From NCBI GenBank assembly GCA_024704765.1, contig JAKMXF010000255.1, forward strand, positions 62,001-126,000: a stretch of 64,000 bases of DNA. The letters run 5' to 3'. This DNA comes from Oopsacas minuta. Lineage: Eukaryota > Animalia > Porifera. Of the stretch, positions 34,455 through 47,901 are shown piece after piece. Position 1 is the first letter of the stretch. Every line of letters starts with the position of its first letter. Under the pieces are notes generated by a model that worked only from the letters and a program-made list of their open reading frames with translations, was not told the origin of the DNA and made no database searches. The position numbers were made by a program, and so were the translations under genes.

Positions 34455-35310
34455 CATAGTATAGAGAGAGCTATTTTGACGCAGAAGAACTGCATAAAGA
34501 TTATATTAAGTCTACATACGGGTTATAAAGAAGAGCTTGGAACGAATTAAGAAAGCAACTCTTTTCGGAATATACATTTTGCCCTTCAATATACGTAGAA
34601 TATTTCTGTGTTCATTTACGTATTCTTCTGATCTTGTCGAATTCTATATTTACTTGATTAATATGTGAATAAATATTCACGATAATAGTCCACAAAATAG
34701 TGGTATTTAGTATAATCTACCTTTTGATTTCATTTGGTCACCTGTCCCAAAGCTGGGATCCAATGTGTTACAATTGGTATAAGGGTCCAAGAGGCAAAAA
34801 GGTTAGGGAACCGCTAGGCCGCTGCATTAGATAGTTAGTAATTATTTTCCTGCTTCCCTTTACACCCTTATAGCTAACATATTCAGCTCTAGAGTGATAC
34901 TTTTTATTAATCAAATCAAATCAAATTGGATATACGGGTAAGTGGAAACTCAACATTACGCACTCGCATTTATTTCTGAAGCAGCTATTATATTTAATAT
35001 TTTTTAAGCTCCTTGATGTATTATTGTTGGCGTATGATTTGGCCCCTACTGTAATTGAAGGTCTACAGTAGAATTCCAATCATTTCACATACCAAATTTG
35101 GTAACTTAGCAACGCTCAACCCCCAAATACCTACACAACATAGAAAACGTCATAATAACAATAATAATAATATATTTAACACAAACAAACTATCAAAAGT
35201 ATTTAGTTAGTTTATCACCTCAACATTTTCAGCTGTAAGGTAATCATATAGGGCAGATGTAAAGTAATACCAAAATTAAGAAAGGAGGAATTGGTAGGGA
35301 ATTATCGTGG

Positions 35311-38300
35311 TTAGTATTCACGATTTGGTTCAGAGATAATTATGTTCTTAGTATTGACTTCAAGTCCCTGATCATAACTAGGATCTGGGAATTGAGCATA
35401 CACTTCTTCTACTTCTGAGCCTATGGTGTTTACGGGAGAGAAGTGATTGTTTGGTTCTATCTCCATTGAAGTGTATTCAGTAGGTTTCTCTTGTGCCGTG
35501 CTGGGTAGTGTAGGTAAGGTAATAGAATCTTGTTCCTGTGCTGTAGTACTCACTGAATTAGGAGGTGATGTAGCAGGTCCTGACCAAGATATCTCAGGTG
35601 TTGATGACGTAGGGAGGGTGTTATAGGGTTCAGGGGTTAACTCTGTAGAGGGCTCGTCCATTTCAGGAGGACGCGTAAGTTTGAAGAGCTCTGAAACAGG
35701 GGGAGGTCTCCTGTGAGATTGGTCTTGTTGCTTAGCAACGCCTTTGGTATGCTCCATCCAACCTGAATCAACTGGTATCAATAGTTCAGTAAGGTTAGAC
35801 TCTGACTCCATTGTCATTTGGTCATCTAGAATCTGTTCTGCAAGGATAGCAAAGTCAGAGCCTGTATGATCATTTCCTCTGCCTGTCCGTCCGTCAGTCA
35901 TACGCTCATTGCTATCATCCTGGAATATATTGTGAGGGAGAGAAGCAGGGGAACCTATGCTATGGTGGAGATTAGAGTCACTATCTTGTTTCGTGGCCTT
36001 TTTAGGACTTCTCTTCCTGGGGGTAGATTGTCGTTTAGGGGTTGGAGTGTTTGCATTTGGCTTTGAACGTGTCCGTTTCTTTGAAGGTGTAGCATCTGGA
36101 TAAACCTCACCTAAAGTAATTTGATGTGTGTTAAAATTGTGGACAGTTGAATAGTATATTTATGATATAACGGGGTGTTAACTGTACTTATTGTTTACCT
36201 CTTCTTCCTGTGTCTTTCCTTCTAAACCTACTCTCAGGGCCACCTTCATTTGAGTCTCCTTCCACAAACATAACATCAACCTCTCTCATCACTCTAGAGG
36301 GTTCAATCTGTCCGATCAGACTGTGAGCCATATCACGGTGCTCTGTAGCTCCCATATCAAAACTGTTACCCTCATCTGGTGTATGGTAAGGTGTCTCATC
36401 CATGTAGGAGGAAGTCCCGGGGACCTCTTCAACCGCCTGGGTGATTACTTGTTCATACGTCACTGGAAAACCCAAAGTATCCTATAAACGATTATCAAGA
36501 TAAAGCACGTACGTATATTATTCGCAGCATAGATTAATTAGAACAGTGCTCACCCCGAATAAATTGTCATCACTATCTCCCCTAGTCAGCTCACTCTTTA
36601 CTCTAGAAGAATTCTTCCTACGATCATGTAGATACTCGTCCATGCTTCCATCTAGCGGCCCCATAACGTCTATCTGCTCACAGAGGCGCCTCAGACATCT
36701 AGGCATGTGTTTGTTGAGGTTAGATCTGTCAGCGAACGGATGGTTACAGACATTACACACGTAAGGCTTCTCTCCTTGAAGAATAAAGATGCAATTAACA
36801 TATTTACTTGAGTCAAAATCACATTACTTAATGTAGTTCATTACTCATTGCAATTGGGATACGGCCCATTTAAGAAGGAGCTACAACCCTGCAATGTATC
36901 ACTACAGTAAAACCTGCTGTCCAATGCGTGTCGGCTTATGCAGTTTCCACTGTACTGTATTTTCACTCAATTATCCCATTCACCCAGTGTATAATTGAGT
37001 TAAGTTTGCCATATTGTAATTGTACAAATACTCTAGATACTTACCTGTATGCTTTCTTCTATGTATCACCAGATTGAAGTTATGAGGGAATCCTTTCTTA
37101 CATATTTCACAGGTAAACGGTTTCTCTCCTGAGTGCACGCGTTTGTGTCGATTCAAATGTGAAGTCTGTTTGAATGCCATGTCGCATTCGTCGCATTTGA
37201 ATGGTTTTTCACCTAAAATAATACATTTCTTATAATAAACTGATTTGGTTTATCTTTTAAATTCTTGCATAAACTATCTTGCCCACGATCCTTAAAAGGA
37301 AATATAATATTTAATTAGCAACTTAATAACAGCTTAGGAATTTGATAAAACTTTTCAACTTATGGTGTAATATGACTCGATTGTGTGAAACCATAACTAG
37401 CCAATATGGAGTTACGTGTTAGTCACGAGGCTAATAATTGTTATATTTTATTATCCAAAAGTGAATGAATTCATTCAGAAGGTTGCATGTTATTGTTACA
37501 CAAAGGTATACGGATTCTTATCGCCGTATTTTGAGGTGTATGCCTTTATATGTGATAATAATATCGAGTATTTCCATACTTACCGGTGTGTACGCGAATA
37601 TGAGCAATAAGAACTGAGTTCGAATTGAAAGATTTCTGACAAATACCGCATGTAAATAATCTCTTTTGGCCTTCCTCTGTGTGTGACTTCATGTGTCTCT
37701 TGAGCTTCCCAACAGAGGAATATGTCTTTGAGCAGATATGACAAGCATGTAACCGTTTCATAATTCCTCCTTGATACGTTCTCATAGAGCGCTTCTTTAC
37801 TGGAGTAGAACCTGTCATTGAAATACCACTTGTGGCATCTATTGACATGTTAGTGTCATTAAAAATATCAGATTTAGCTAGAAAAGATAATGAGGGGTAA
37901 ATACAAATATTTGTAACCGAAATAGTTTATAAGATACTTACTCTCATCCTCTTTCGAAGAGACATCGTCATCAAATTCCTCTGACTTGAAGTCTGGCAGT
38001 TCTCCAATCCCTTCATCATCTGAGACATCATCAAAGTCATAAACGGACTGTGGAAATGAGAAACTATCTAAAGGGGTCTCCACTTCTCTCATGCTCGTCT
38101 CTACCTCCTCTCCTATCTCTGAGTTTAGAAGTAGCGGATCACAATTCACAAGATCAGTAGATTCCTCCAATTCTACTTTCGGTTTGATTCGTGTAACGCC
38201 AGTAACATCAGTACTTGTTTTCCCATCTGTCTTACGTCTATTCCTATACTTGTAGCTACTCGTGGGTCTGGCTCTGCCTTTCGGTCTCAGCTTCTTTCTG

Positions 38301-38668
38301 GGAGCTTTTGTACTGCTACACATGTCGGTAACCTGGGGACTAGGGAGCCAATCTGCATGCTCACCAACTTTGGGATTACATTCATTATTCTTGGTGTTCG
38401 CTTCACTGCTACTTCCAGGACCTAGGATTTCACTAGTGCCTAGTCTACCTTCTTGAGAAGCTGCCCCATCCTCGGTGTTCACTCCATTACTTGGTGCATG
38501 ATTCTTTAGAATATGCCTTGCCAGGTAGGCAGCAGAACTGTATCTCTTATTGCAGAAACATTTATAAGTATCCTTCTTCCTCGCTTTAGGGACCTTCTCG
38601 TCTTCTGATAACCAGTTGGATGCGATTTTAGTTTTGGGAACTAATTTCCCTCGTCTCTTAGCAGACAT
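35311..38668 (-). CDS. C2H2 zinc-finger transcription factor (one N-terminal finger plus about five tandem fingers), multi-exon
   Basis: CHICSKTYSSVGKLKRHMKSH, CGICQKSFNSNSVLIAHIRVHTG|EKPF, CEICKKGFPHNFNLVIHRRKHTG|EKPY; exons join across GT-AG introns to the acidic/Pro-rich last exon ending at 35311. Confidence 0.85.
36905..36952. mobile_element. 48-bp micro-MITE in a zinc-finger gene intron
   Basis: TA|cagtaaaacctgc...gcagtttccactg|TA. Confidence 0.5.
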
Positions 38669-39034
38669 ATGGATCAGTATATAAAAGACAATGAACTCGT
38701 AGAAAATTATAAAAGAGTTGGACTACGAATTATCAAGTAGCATTGCATAACTTATAGTAGTAGTTGCCTAATATGAGCCTATTGTTAGTGATCATACCAA
38801 GGTATAGTAATAATAATAATCATTCTTTGCTATATTCTATGACTTGAGCAGCGAATACAATAATTTTCCTGAGGATTATTCCATTTTTTGCGTGTTTAGT
38901 AATTATTCCAACACCTCCAACTTTTGGTTTAGGAATTCCGATTCATTTTTTGCAATTTTTGGGATATTATTTATTGAAGAATATTTGTGGTATTTCTTAG
39001 TATTTTATGTGCGTTTGTGTGTGTTTTCATTTAC

Positions 39035-39240
39035 AAGTTCTACTAATTACATTGACTATTGAATAGGAAACCTAACTAGCAATCTAATAAGAAATTTGGC
39101 TCCGCTCTTCTATGCATTCTAATTACAGCGATTCGATCCATCTAATTCTCAATTTCTGACACAGCTTCCTAAATCACTACAGGGACAGGGAGTTACACTA
39201 GTGAGATTGGCCAAACATTACGTGAGTGAGATGTTACAAC
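39035..39240 (+). pseudogene. Degenerate duplicate of CEP192 exon 1 and flanks
   Basis: tcttctatgcattc.aattacagcga...ccatctaattctcaatttctgacacagc...tcactacaggg...tagtgagattg...ccaaacattac|gtgagt recurs at about 40660-40875; this copy lacks the ATG and has a ~30-nt deletion. Confidence 0.8.
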
Positions 39241-39306
39241 TACTAGAGGGGTGGGATGATGGTTATATATGGGAGGGGGGAGTGCGCCGTTTGGACTTTG
39301 TCTATA

Positions 39307-39446
39307 CAGTGAACCCTAGTTTATCCGAACATTTCCCTGGTGCCATGTCCTATTCAACTATGTGTAAATAACCTCGATAATCAGGAAGATAGATATTCGA
39401 ACGCTTTTGACCAGTCCGAATGAGTTCGGATAATAGAGGTTGCGCT
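39307..39446. mobile_element. pogo/Tigger-like MITE
   Basis: TA|cagtgaaccctagtttatccgaac ... gttcggataatagaggtt. Confidence 0.55.
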
Positions 39447-40695
39447 TATTCACACCCTCTCGACAGACATTTAATTAAGTCTTGTGTCACTAGCGAGCTT
39501 GATAATCCTAGTCCCCAGATTTTTTGGCTTACGACATTATATCTGCCATCTTGATGACAATGACGAGTACATAGACTGACAAAGGAACTAGTTTGACTCA
39601 AATTTTCGAGTGTTCTCACCTTTAATACTCGTATAAACGTGGAATGCTATATAGTCACCAAAATGATACGTAATCTCATTTCCCATGGCTCATACATACT
39701 AGATAATCTGGCGTTTAAGTCAGACAGAAACACATTTTGACTGAACGCTCATAACCTCAGGAGAGAAATATTCTCATATAAAATACTTTAATCCAAAGAT
39801 TATGCTCCAATTGGATTATCTTGAGAAAGGAAATCAGATTTATTGTCCACGACATTCAAGGTAGGTTCCATTAAATACGAAATCCTACGCGATAATCTCA
39901 TATAAAATATTAGTTAGGAACATATCAAATTATACAGGACAGGCAGTTATTACATAATTCCGGCAAAAGCGCTATTCTCAGGGCTAGTCATAGTATTTGA
40001 CTAAATGCATGTATTCATACATAACTTTAAGTATGGTGGAAGATGGCTTGGTGATATGCCGTAAGGCAAATTGAACGCTGGGAGACCCTCCAAAATGGCC
40101 GGAGGGAGTTCCATTTACAGACCCTAAACCTTAAAGAGGTTAAAAGGAAATTAAATAGCCATCTCCGCTCCAGTGAGTTATAATTTATTTTTATAGACTT
40201 TCTACAACTAAAACTGTGGGCTAACTAAAATGTAGAATGCTGAACATATTCAAGTATTTTACCCCAAGTGGAAGACAGAAAAATACAAATATTTTAGTTA
40301 AGATAAATAGAAAATTTACTTCCAGTGAGTTATATATTCTTCATGGATTCTTGTCAGAAATTCATAATGTATTTACAATAATTCAATCTTACAGGCTGAG
40401 GATAAGAGTACTAGAATGCTGAGCTGAGTGAACTGCGATGTGGAATTTATTATTATTTGTATTTTATTGTAGTTGTAAATTAATGAATTAAATGAAAATA
40501 CGAATTATTTAAGTTTCTTCTATTTGCAGTTTCTGTCTAGTAACTTTGCCTATATGCTTTTTCTGTGTATCACCATGGCTTGGCCTTCCACTAGGCGAAC
40601 TAGTTAGTCTCTTAGGAGGGCATAATCTTTGCATTTAGGGAAATATTTGTATCACAGTTCTCTACTAATTAGTTTTGAATATCGAATAGGTAGCA

Positions 40696-43600
40696 ATGTC
40701 TAATAGAGAAATATGGCTCGAGTCTTCTATGCATTCCAATTACAGCGAAGCTTCCGTTGGAATAATAGATTTGGATAATTTCGACCCATCTAATTCTCAA
40801 TTTCTGACACAGCCCCCTAGGTCACTACAGGGGAGTTACTCTAGTGAGATTGATCCAAACATTACGTGAGTAAGTTACAATTACAAGTATTTATAGCGGA
40901 AATTTTGATTCAATAATTCTCTTTAATTTATGACGATTCAAAGGTCCGACCTATTTAAGGCTACTTATTTAGAATAACAAAATTATTTCATAGCTATTAT
41001 TGTGTAATTACATTAATCGTCTTTTATTCAGTCTAGAAGAGGATACGTCACATGGAGCATTGACAGCTTCTCCAAACTCTACTCTGATGGCACCTTCACA
41101 ACCCATTAATCAACCCTCCTCCTATCCTAAGCTAAACCCATTTGAAGATAATAATAATATGGATCAACCAGTTCCTCAGTCTTTCGACGGACATTTAAGT
41201 CCTATGTTTCCTAACCAAGAGGTTAACTCTTCGTTTCCTAACCAAGAGATTGATCCTTTTACATTTCAGAAGCAGGAATTCGACGCTTCCCTCTTTTCAA
41301 ACGCGGAATTTCATGCGCCTGGTGTTAGCTTCATGGAGCAATTAGAAGGAGATGAGGATGATCTGAAGAGGAAGAACTCTGTCATACCAGAGCAGGAGAT
41401 CGTAGAAATCTCTCCTCCCAGCTCAAATGTACTTGACAAGCCTGGAGATTTTACTACATACTTCGGAGTACGTTCTAACGAACTGGGCAACTTGACTCAG
41501 CAAATTACTCCAACTTCTAGGCCTCGCTTCTCTGCCACAGCAATACGTTCTCCACACAGTTCAGCACAGCTGTTTAAGAACAATACACATTCTCCTGAGC
41601 CTGTGAGACTGAAAAATGAACACACACACCCTGATAGACACATAACTCCATCAACTGACTATATGACCCCCGATTTGTCAGAGAATAATAACGAAGATCA
41701 TTCAGATGACCTTCTTAACAAATCCAATGATCTTCTCAAGAAAGTAACATCTCTCCTAGAGAGCAAGAAGTTTAATGCTGATGAGTTTATTAAGACATTA
41801 GAATCTGAGGCTGAATTACATATACCAATAGCTACTAGCAAAACAGAGCATAATCTCCCATTACAAACCATTCCCTCTATGTCAGAGTACGAGCGTCTCC
41901 CTGAGCACTACCTCACTCCCTTGCCGCAGACCCCTATACATGCTACAGACATATATCCTACTCAGCAGGATAAGGACATCACACTACCAAACGCTTATAT
42001 CGTCCCTAACAACTCACATTCCATTGCTCCAAACCATCACGACTACCTTAAGCCTGTTCTAAGCGGAGATTCACTAGACAGCTGTAACATGGAAAACATA
42101 CCAAATTTCTCTTCTATCTTACGTCAGCATTCCTTATCCAATTCTTTTGATGAGGCAAGAGATAATAACGATCTTACACCATTCAATGACGTCACAATAC
42201 AACACGACTATGCTCAATCAGCTGACGATGTTAATAGCATCCCATTTGATAGTCCATCTCACAAACATTACAATAATGAAGTTACATTACAACACTCCTT
42301 GCTAACTAACTCAGCTGATGACGTTAGAGAAGTACAATACCGTCGTCGTAACTTATCGAGTACATCTGCTTCCTACTCAATGCCAGAAGGTCTTGACGCC
42401 CTGGCTTCCCTTCCTCCTCTCCCCTCTCCCCCTCCAGCTACATATATACATCATACAAGTCGCAGAGCTTCTAGAGAGGAGCTTACTCCTAAAGAGCTAT
42501 CGGTAGACATAGAATTAGAAGACGGGACAGCTCTTAACTGCTGTACTGGGGGTATAAACCACGCATTCCTTAATCTGACTAACCAATCTCCTTGCTGGGT
42601 ACAGACTCAGTTAGAATTCAAGAGTGTTAAATTTGGGTCTAACCTTATTGACACTCAGTCAGAGAGTATGCCATTCTCCATGTACAATAGGTGTATTCTG
42701 GGAACTGCCAAATCCGAACAAGTTAAGATATCATTCGCTCCTGGTAGTCCAGGCATTTATACTATTGAACTTGATGTGTATATATCAAAGATTGTTGATT
42801 CTTCTCTCGCTAAACCCTCCAAAACCTTCTCATTCACTGCCGAAGCAATAAAACCTGAAATATCACTTCTGTATAAACAGGAATCTTCTAAGGTGTTAGA
42901 TTTCGGTTTTGTGACAGAAGGCAAGTCTTATGAACAATGTGTTACAGTTGTCAACAAATCAAACTGTTCTCTCCCAATTAAGATATCTCTACCTACCAAG
43001 AAATTAACATGTAGAGACTTATCTCTATCTCTAACTTCTCATTCTGGTAAGAATCCTGACATACAGAAGGAGAGTCATATTTCAACAGTTCTAGAAGCTA
43101 GAGGAGAGGGAGTTAGAGGTAAAATGGACCTCTGGGTACGATTTAAACCCTCCTATCACCCCCAGATAGGTGTGGGATCAAAATCCCCTGCTCCTCTTGG
43201 GGAAATGAATTCAATTGTGGAAATATTTCTAGACGGCCCCTTCGCTAGCTCAACTTCTAAACTAATAAATTCCATCCCAATAACCGCGAATTTCGCAGAT
43301 TCCGACTTAGTAATTCTCGAATCAATCGACACACTAAGATTCGAGACATCAGTAACTCGTTCTCTCACCAGATCATTCACCCTACACAACCGAGGCAGCA
43401 TTCCTATTAGCCTAACAACGGAATTAGAACCATCTTCTACAGATTTCATGATATCACCATATCACATTAGTTTACAACCAGGTCAACAGTCTCCAGCCTC
43501 CCTTTCATACCGACCTTCCAAACATGAATCTACGTACACAGGGACACTACACATAATCTATAACCCAGGTAATAAGCGATACACCCTGAAGGTATCGGCA

Positions 43601-45877
43601 AGAGAGGAGGCCCCCGAGTCACCTCCGGACACTCAGGATTATAACCTCCCTCCCTCTCCCCCTCAAACAAGCAAACCCTCTCCTTCCAGAGACAACTATC
43701 TCTTAAGTAACATCCTCTCTCTCAATTGGGGGGCTACACAGCTTGACGAGTGCATTGAACGTAAGATTGTATTATTCAATACTAGTGATGATAATCTTAA
43801 CCTCAGTGTTGAGCTAAATTCTCAGTTCTTCTTTGTCAAAGATACAGATGACAAATTTAAATCTAGCTTTCGTATGAGCATACCAGCTCGTGTAAAGCTT
43901 CCTACAGTACTCACGTTTGCTCCAACAGAGCTTGTGGTGTATAATGACAACCTATCTATTACAGACTTATCTCATAACAAAGTGTTCCAGATACCACTGA
44001 CTGGTTACGGAGGTAAGAGCCAAATACTCATAGTTAATGCAGAGAGAACAACAGAAGGATACTGGATGAATATAGGAGAAGTTAAGAAATTGGAGAAGAA
44101 TATTTTCAAAGTATATTTACTCAATAATGGGATTAGAAAGGCTTACATAAAAGCTGTATGCAGAGATAACCAACCTAATAAACCTATATTGTCTCATACA
44201 CAAGTCAGTATAACTCCTTCAGAGTTCATAATATCACCACAAGACTACAAATCTATTCTAATTACCTTCTCACCAGGTGCTGATCATGCTCTGCTCTGTG
44301 AGAACTCTCCACACTGTATAGCTTATGTAAGCTTAACTACATGCGACTGTATGACTGCTAAGATATACTTCTCACAGCTAAGAGCTAAGAACCTACAAAT
44401 ACCTCCTCCATTTGATTATCTACACAAACTGTTCACTTTAGATATTTCAGAAGATGAGGATTACTCTCAATTCCAGCTATCTACACATCCTCCGTCTCCT
44501 CCAGCTGAGACAGAGGTAAGTATCCCTCTGATAGGTTACCCCCCTTCTGCCCCTTCTCTACCAAGACCCCGGCCCTCATCTGTACCTGTAACTCGCCCTC
44601 TCTCCCATGATGATATTATCTGGTCTAACAGGAGTAGTCCAATTGGTACAGCTCCAATACTGCACCAATCCCCTGACCTTATCCCCCCTCTGACCAACAA
44701 GAACAGACGGCGTTTGAGTAGACACTCTACTAACGACAGTCCTTCCCCCAAACCCAGTCACAGAGCTATCCATAGTCCATCCCGATCCGGTCCTAAGCCC
44801 GCATTCACTTTGTACCCCTCCCAATTATCTCTCTGCTCAGACTCAAGAGAACCAGCTAAACTATACATACATAATCTCTCTCATTCAATAGCTAAGTTTG
44901 CTGTAGTATATCCTAAGCAGTTTGTTACTGTATCACCAGCAAGAGGTAGCATAGATCCAGGACGTGAAAAACAGCTGTTAGTCAGTTCTCTATTGATGGA
45001 TATGACTGATCTACCTTGCTCGTTAACTGAATACTTAACAATACACTATGAGGATTCTGTTAAGAGCGTACCATTGAATATCCTAATGGAATCTCCTAGC
45101 CCTACAACACCTGTGAGAGAGAGTTTTGCTTCTGTTACCAAATACCTATCTCCTCCTAATATCCTATTCTCTCCTATTAAGAATAATTCTGTTGCAGACT
45201 TACCTATTACAATATCAAACCCACATAACTTCCCAATACATTGGAGCTTAGCTTCTATGGGGCAAGCTGCATATCAGGAAGGAGAGGAAGGATCCTTAGA
45301 AATACTCAAAACTAGCTATGCTGTATTCTTCTTCCATAGACTATCAGGTGGGATCGCTTCTCATGGTACAAGTAGTATAAGCGTTACATTCCAGCCTAGA
45401 AACCCCGGTACATATACTCAAACCTGGGAAATGCAGCTTACGAAAAGTGTGAAGATGATTGATAGCATAAAACTATCTGTTTCTGGTAAAGCGGAGGATA
45501 CAGAAGTCACTAAACAACCGCCAAATAACTCCCATAAAGAAACACATAAGTCTCACAGTAGAAGAGTATACCTAGATCCTGATATACTGAACTATCCACA
45601 AACCAGGCCTAACACTAGTAGTACACTGAAAGTATCAGTCTACAACAAATCTGACACATCAATTCAGTTTAATGTCAATGAGATATCTATACCATTCTCT
45701 ATCCACAGGCAGCATACAGTATTTACACTAGATCCTCGACATTGTGCTAGATTGCCTATAATCTTTAACCCACAGTCACAGGGTTATTTTGAAGAGGTTC
45801 TAGCATTGAAATCTTCAAACGGTAAGAAGCTACATGCCCTGCTGAAAGCTGAGAGCTGTTTTTATCCCAAATTATGA
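40696..45877 (+). CDS. CEP192: Centrosomal protein 192 / SPD-2 (tandem ASH/PapD-like domains)
   Basis: Exon 1 40696-40865 splices in phase to 41032-45877; the SPD2-domain signature LNWGATQL...FAPTEL...FQIPLTGYGGKSQI...YLLNNGIRKAYIKAV matches CEP192. Confidence 0.85.
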
Positions 45878-46031
45878 ATAATAAAATAATATATCACTCG
45901 TGAGATCAAGCGCACACTTTCTCAACTATACTCTATCAAATTATAGTTTCACACTTTTAATATTAATTATTTAAGCAACTGATTATTAAAATAGACATTC
46001 TATTCGAGTTTCTTATTTCTTTTAATTTATA

Positions 46032-46099
46032 CAGGGGAAGCCGGTTATAAGAACATGTATTGCTACTCCCAAGGGGGTTCTTATAACCGGCATCCACTG
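46032..46099. mobile_element. 68-bp MITE with 23-bp terminal inverted repeats and TA target duplication
   Basis: TA|caggggaagccggttataagaac ... gttcttataaccggcatccactg|TA (2 mismatches). Confidence 0.8.
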
Positions 46100-46132
46100 T
46101 ACAAGTATTAAACTGCCTCACCTGTAGTTACA

Positions 46133-46912
46133 ATGGTGACTAATAGGAAGCTAATTAAAATTGGTATCGTGGTATTTGCACTGAATGGGATAGTCCTTGC
46201 ACAAGTTGCAATCATTGAATTAAGGTCTAGGAAAGCTCAGAAGTACATGAAACAAATGAAACAAGACTCAATCCCAATCCCTGTAGACCTGAAGGATCGA
46301 GTTGGTGAATTGCTTGGTTCTCGTGTTTCCCTCACTGGTTGTTATGACCACGCATCAGAAATGTATTTATGCCCTCGCTACTTTATAACAGAACACATGG
46401 AAGCAACTCCTTATAAGGAAAATCACATCGGTATAAACGTTATAACTCCATTCTATTGTAATGAGCTGAAATCTAGTGTTCTTATAAACAGAGGGTGGAT
46501 ACCTAAACAGCTGAGGGACCCTAGTACACGAGAAGAGGGACAGATTGAAGGAGATATACCATTAATAGGTGTGGTTACACAACCTCCTAAAGTTATAAAA
46601 CAAACTAAACAAAACAAACCTGATCTTAACAAATGGGAATATATTGATGTAGAAAATATGGCAATAATGCATAACACAGAACCTATACTATTAGATTGTA
46701 GTTATGAAGCTTCTACACCCGGGGGACCTATTGGAGGACAACATGATTTTGGGATATCTAAGGACCCGAAAGATTACTTTGGGCATTGGTACGCTTATAT
46801 TTCTACTGGAGGATTAGTCCTGTATCTTTCTTATTGTGTGTTCATGTTTTTTGGCAGACGAGCACGGTTTCATTATAAGAGTAGTACTATAACGGCTAAA
46901 GATTCTAGATAG
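46133..46912 (+). CDS. SURF1-like protein, divergent tandem paralogue
   Basis: SURF1 core VITPFYCNELKSSVLINRGWIP...TPGGPIGGQ is retained; the N-terminal TM segment lacks the GTWQ..R..WK motif. Confidence 0.8.
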   Translation: MVTNRKLIKIGIVVFALNGIVLAQVAIIELRSRKAQKYMKQMKQDSIPIPVDLKDRVGELLGSRVSLTGCYDHASEMYLCPRYFITEHMEATPYKENHIGINVITPFYCNELKSSVLINRGWIPKQLRDPSTREEGQIEGDIPLIGVVTQPPKVIKQTKQNKPDLNKWEYIDVENMAIMHNTEPILLDCSYEASTPGGPIGGQHDFGISKDPKDYFGHWYAYISTGGLVLYLSYCVFMFFGRRARFHYKSSTITAKDSR

Positions 46913-47054
46913 TATATTGTGTGTTTATTGCGATCAAATAAAATAGAAATTTCGTATACCCAGATATTTATTTTGAGCAAATAATTGCAAATTTTTAATC
47001 CGAAGTTCTGTCTGCTTAAAATGCACTATTATTGTTGTGTTTAGTGAAAGTAAG

Positions 47055-47804
47055 ATGAACATTACAGCAAAGTTACGTAGACGTCTGTACATAATCCCAG
47101 TAACTACGTTTATACTGGGTACATGGCAGATATATCGGTTACGATGGAAACTCGATTTAATCTCCAAAATGAAGGATCGAACTACTAGAGAACCTATTCC
47201 CATTCCATCAGACCTCAAGCACCGTTGTCAAGAGCTTCTCTACTCCCATGTATCCCTCAGTGGTAATTACGACCATTCATCTGAGCTATATCTATTCCCT
47301 AGGCCATTCAATGCAGATAGAATAGCATTACCAACATACAGACCCAATCATCCAGGTATTCAGGTGATTACTCCATTCTACTGCAATGAACTTAAAGCTA
47401 GGATTCTAGTTAACAGAGGTTGGATACCTAAACAACAGAAGAACCCAAACACACGTCAAGAAGGACAGCTGCAGGGGGAGGTAACATTAGTAGGGATGGT
47501 AAGGGATAGCTCAAAAAGTTTCGTGTACAGTGGTAAGAATCGTCCTGAGATTAACGAATGGCAGTATGTAGATGTTAACGAGATGTCAGGTATTTGTGGT
47601 ACTGAGCCGATTATACTGGATTGTAGCTATGAGAGCTCAATACAGGGAGGGCCAATAGGAGGACAAACTAATATTAACATCAGGAATAAGCATGTGGAGT
47701 ATATATGTGTATGGTATGGACTCACTGTAGTTATTGGCTATATTTTGTTCAAGTCTAGAGCTAGTCTCCCTAGGAAACAGTTCCCATTGATTAGAAATAA
47801 ATAA
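47055..47804 (+). CDS. SURF1: Surfeit locus protein 1 (cytochrome c oxidase assembly)
   Basis: TFILGTWQIYRLRWKLDLI, ILVNRGWIP, GGPIGGQTNINIRNKHVEYICVWYGL. Confidence 0.92.
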   Translation: MNITAKLRRRLYIIPVTTFILGTWQIYRLRWKLDLISKMKDRTTREPIPIPSDLKHRCQELLYSHVSLSGNYDHSSELYLFPRPFNADRIALPTYRPNHPGIQVITPFYCNELKARILVNRGWIPKQQKNPNTRQEGQLQGEVTLVGMVRDSSKSFVYSGKNRPEINEWQYVDVNEMSGICGTEPIILDCSYESSIQGGPIGGQTNINIRNKHVEYICVWYGLTVVIGYILFKSRASLPRKQFPLIRNK

Positions 47805-47901
47805 TTTTAGGTATTAAAATGTTAAAACAGTTTCAAATGCAATAATAACAGGATAGAGGATAATGTCTTTTAGTGTACAATGGTTGGGTAATTAGGTTTG
47901 T

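Noticed and set aside
34739-34817. Possible hAT-type MITE (right end aaaaaggttagggaaccgctag)
   Set aside because: The left terminus match is poor and no 8-bp target duplication could be identified.
39540-39870. Possible decayed transposase between the MITE and CEP192
   Set aside because: All frames I read contain multiple stops and no DDE or other recognisable motif.
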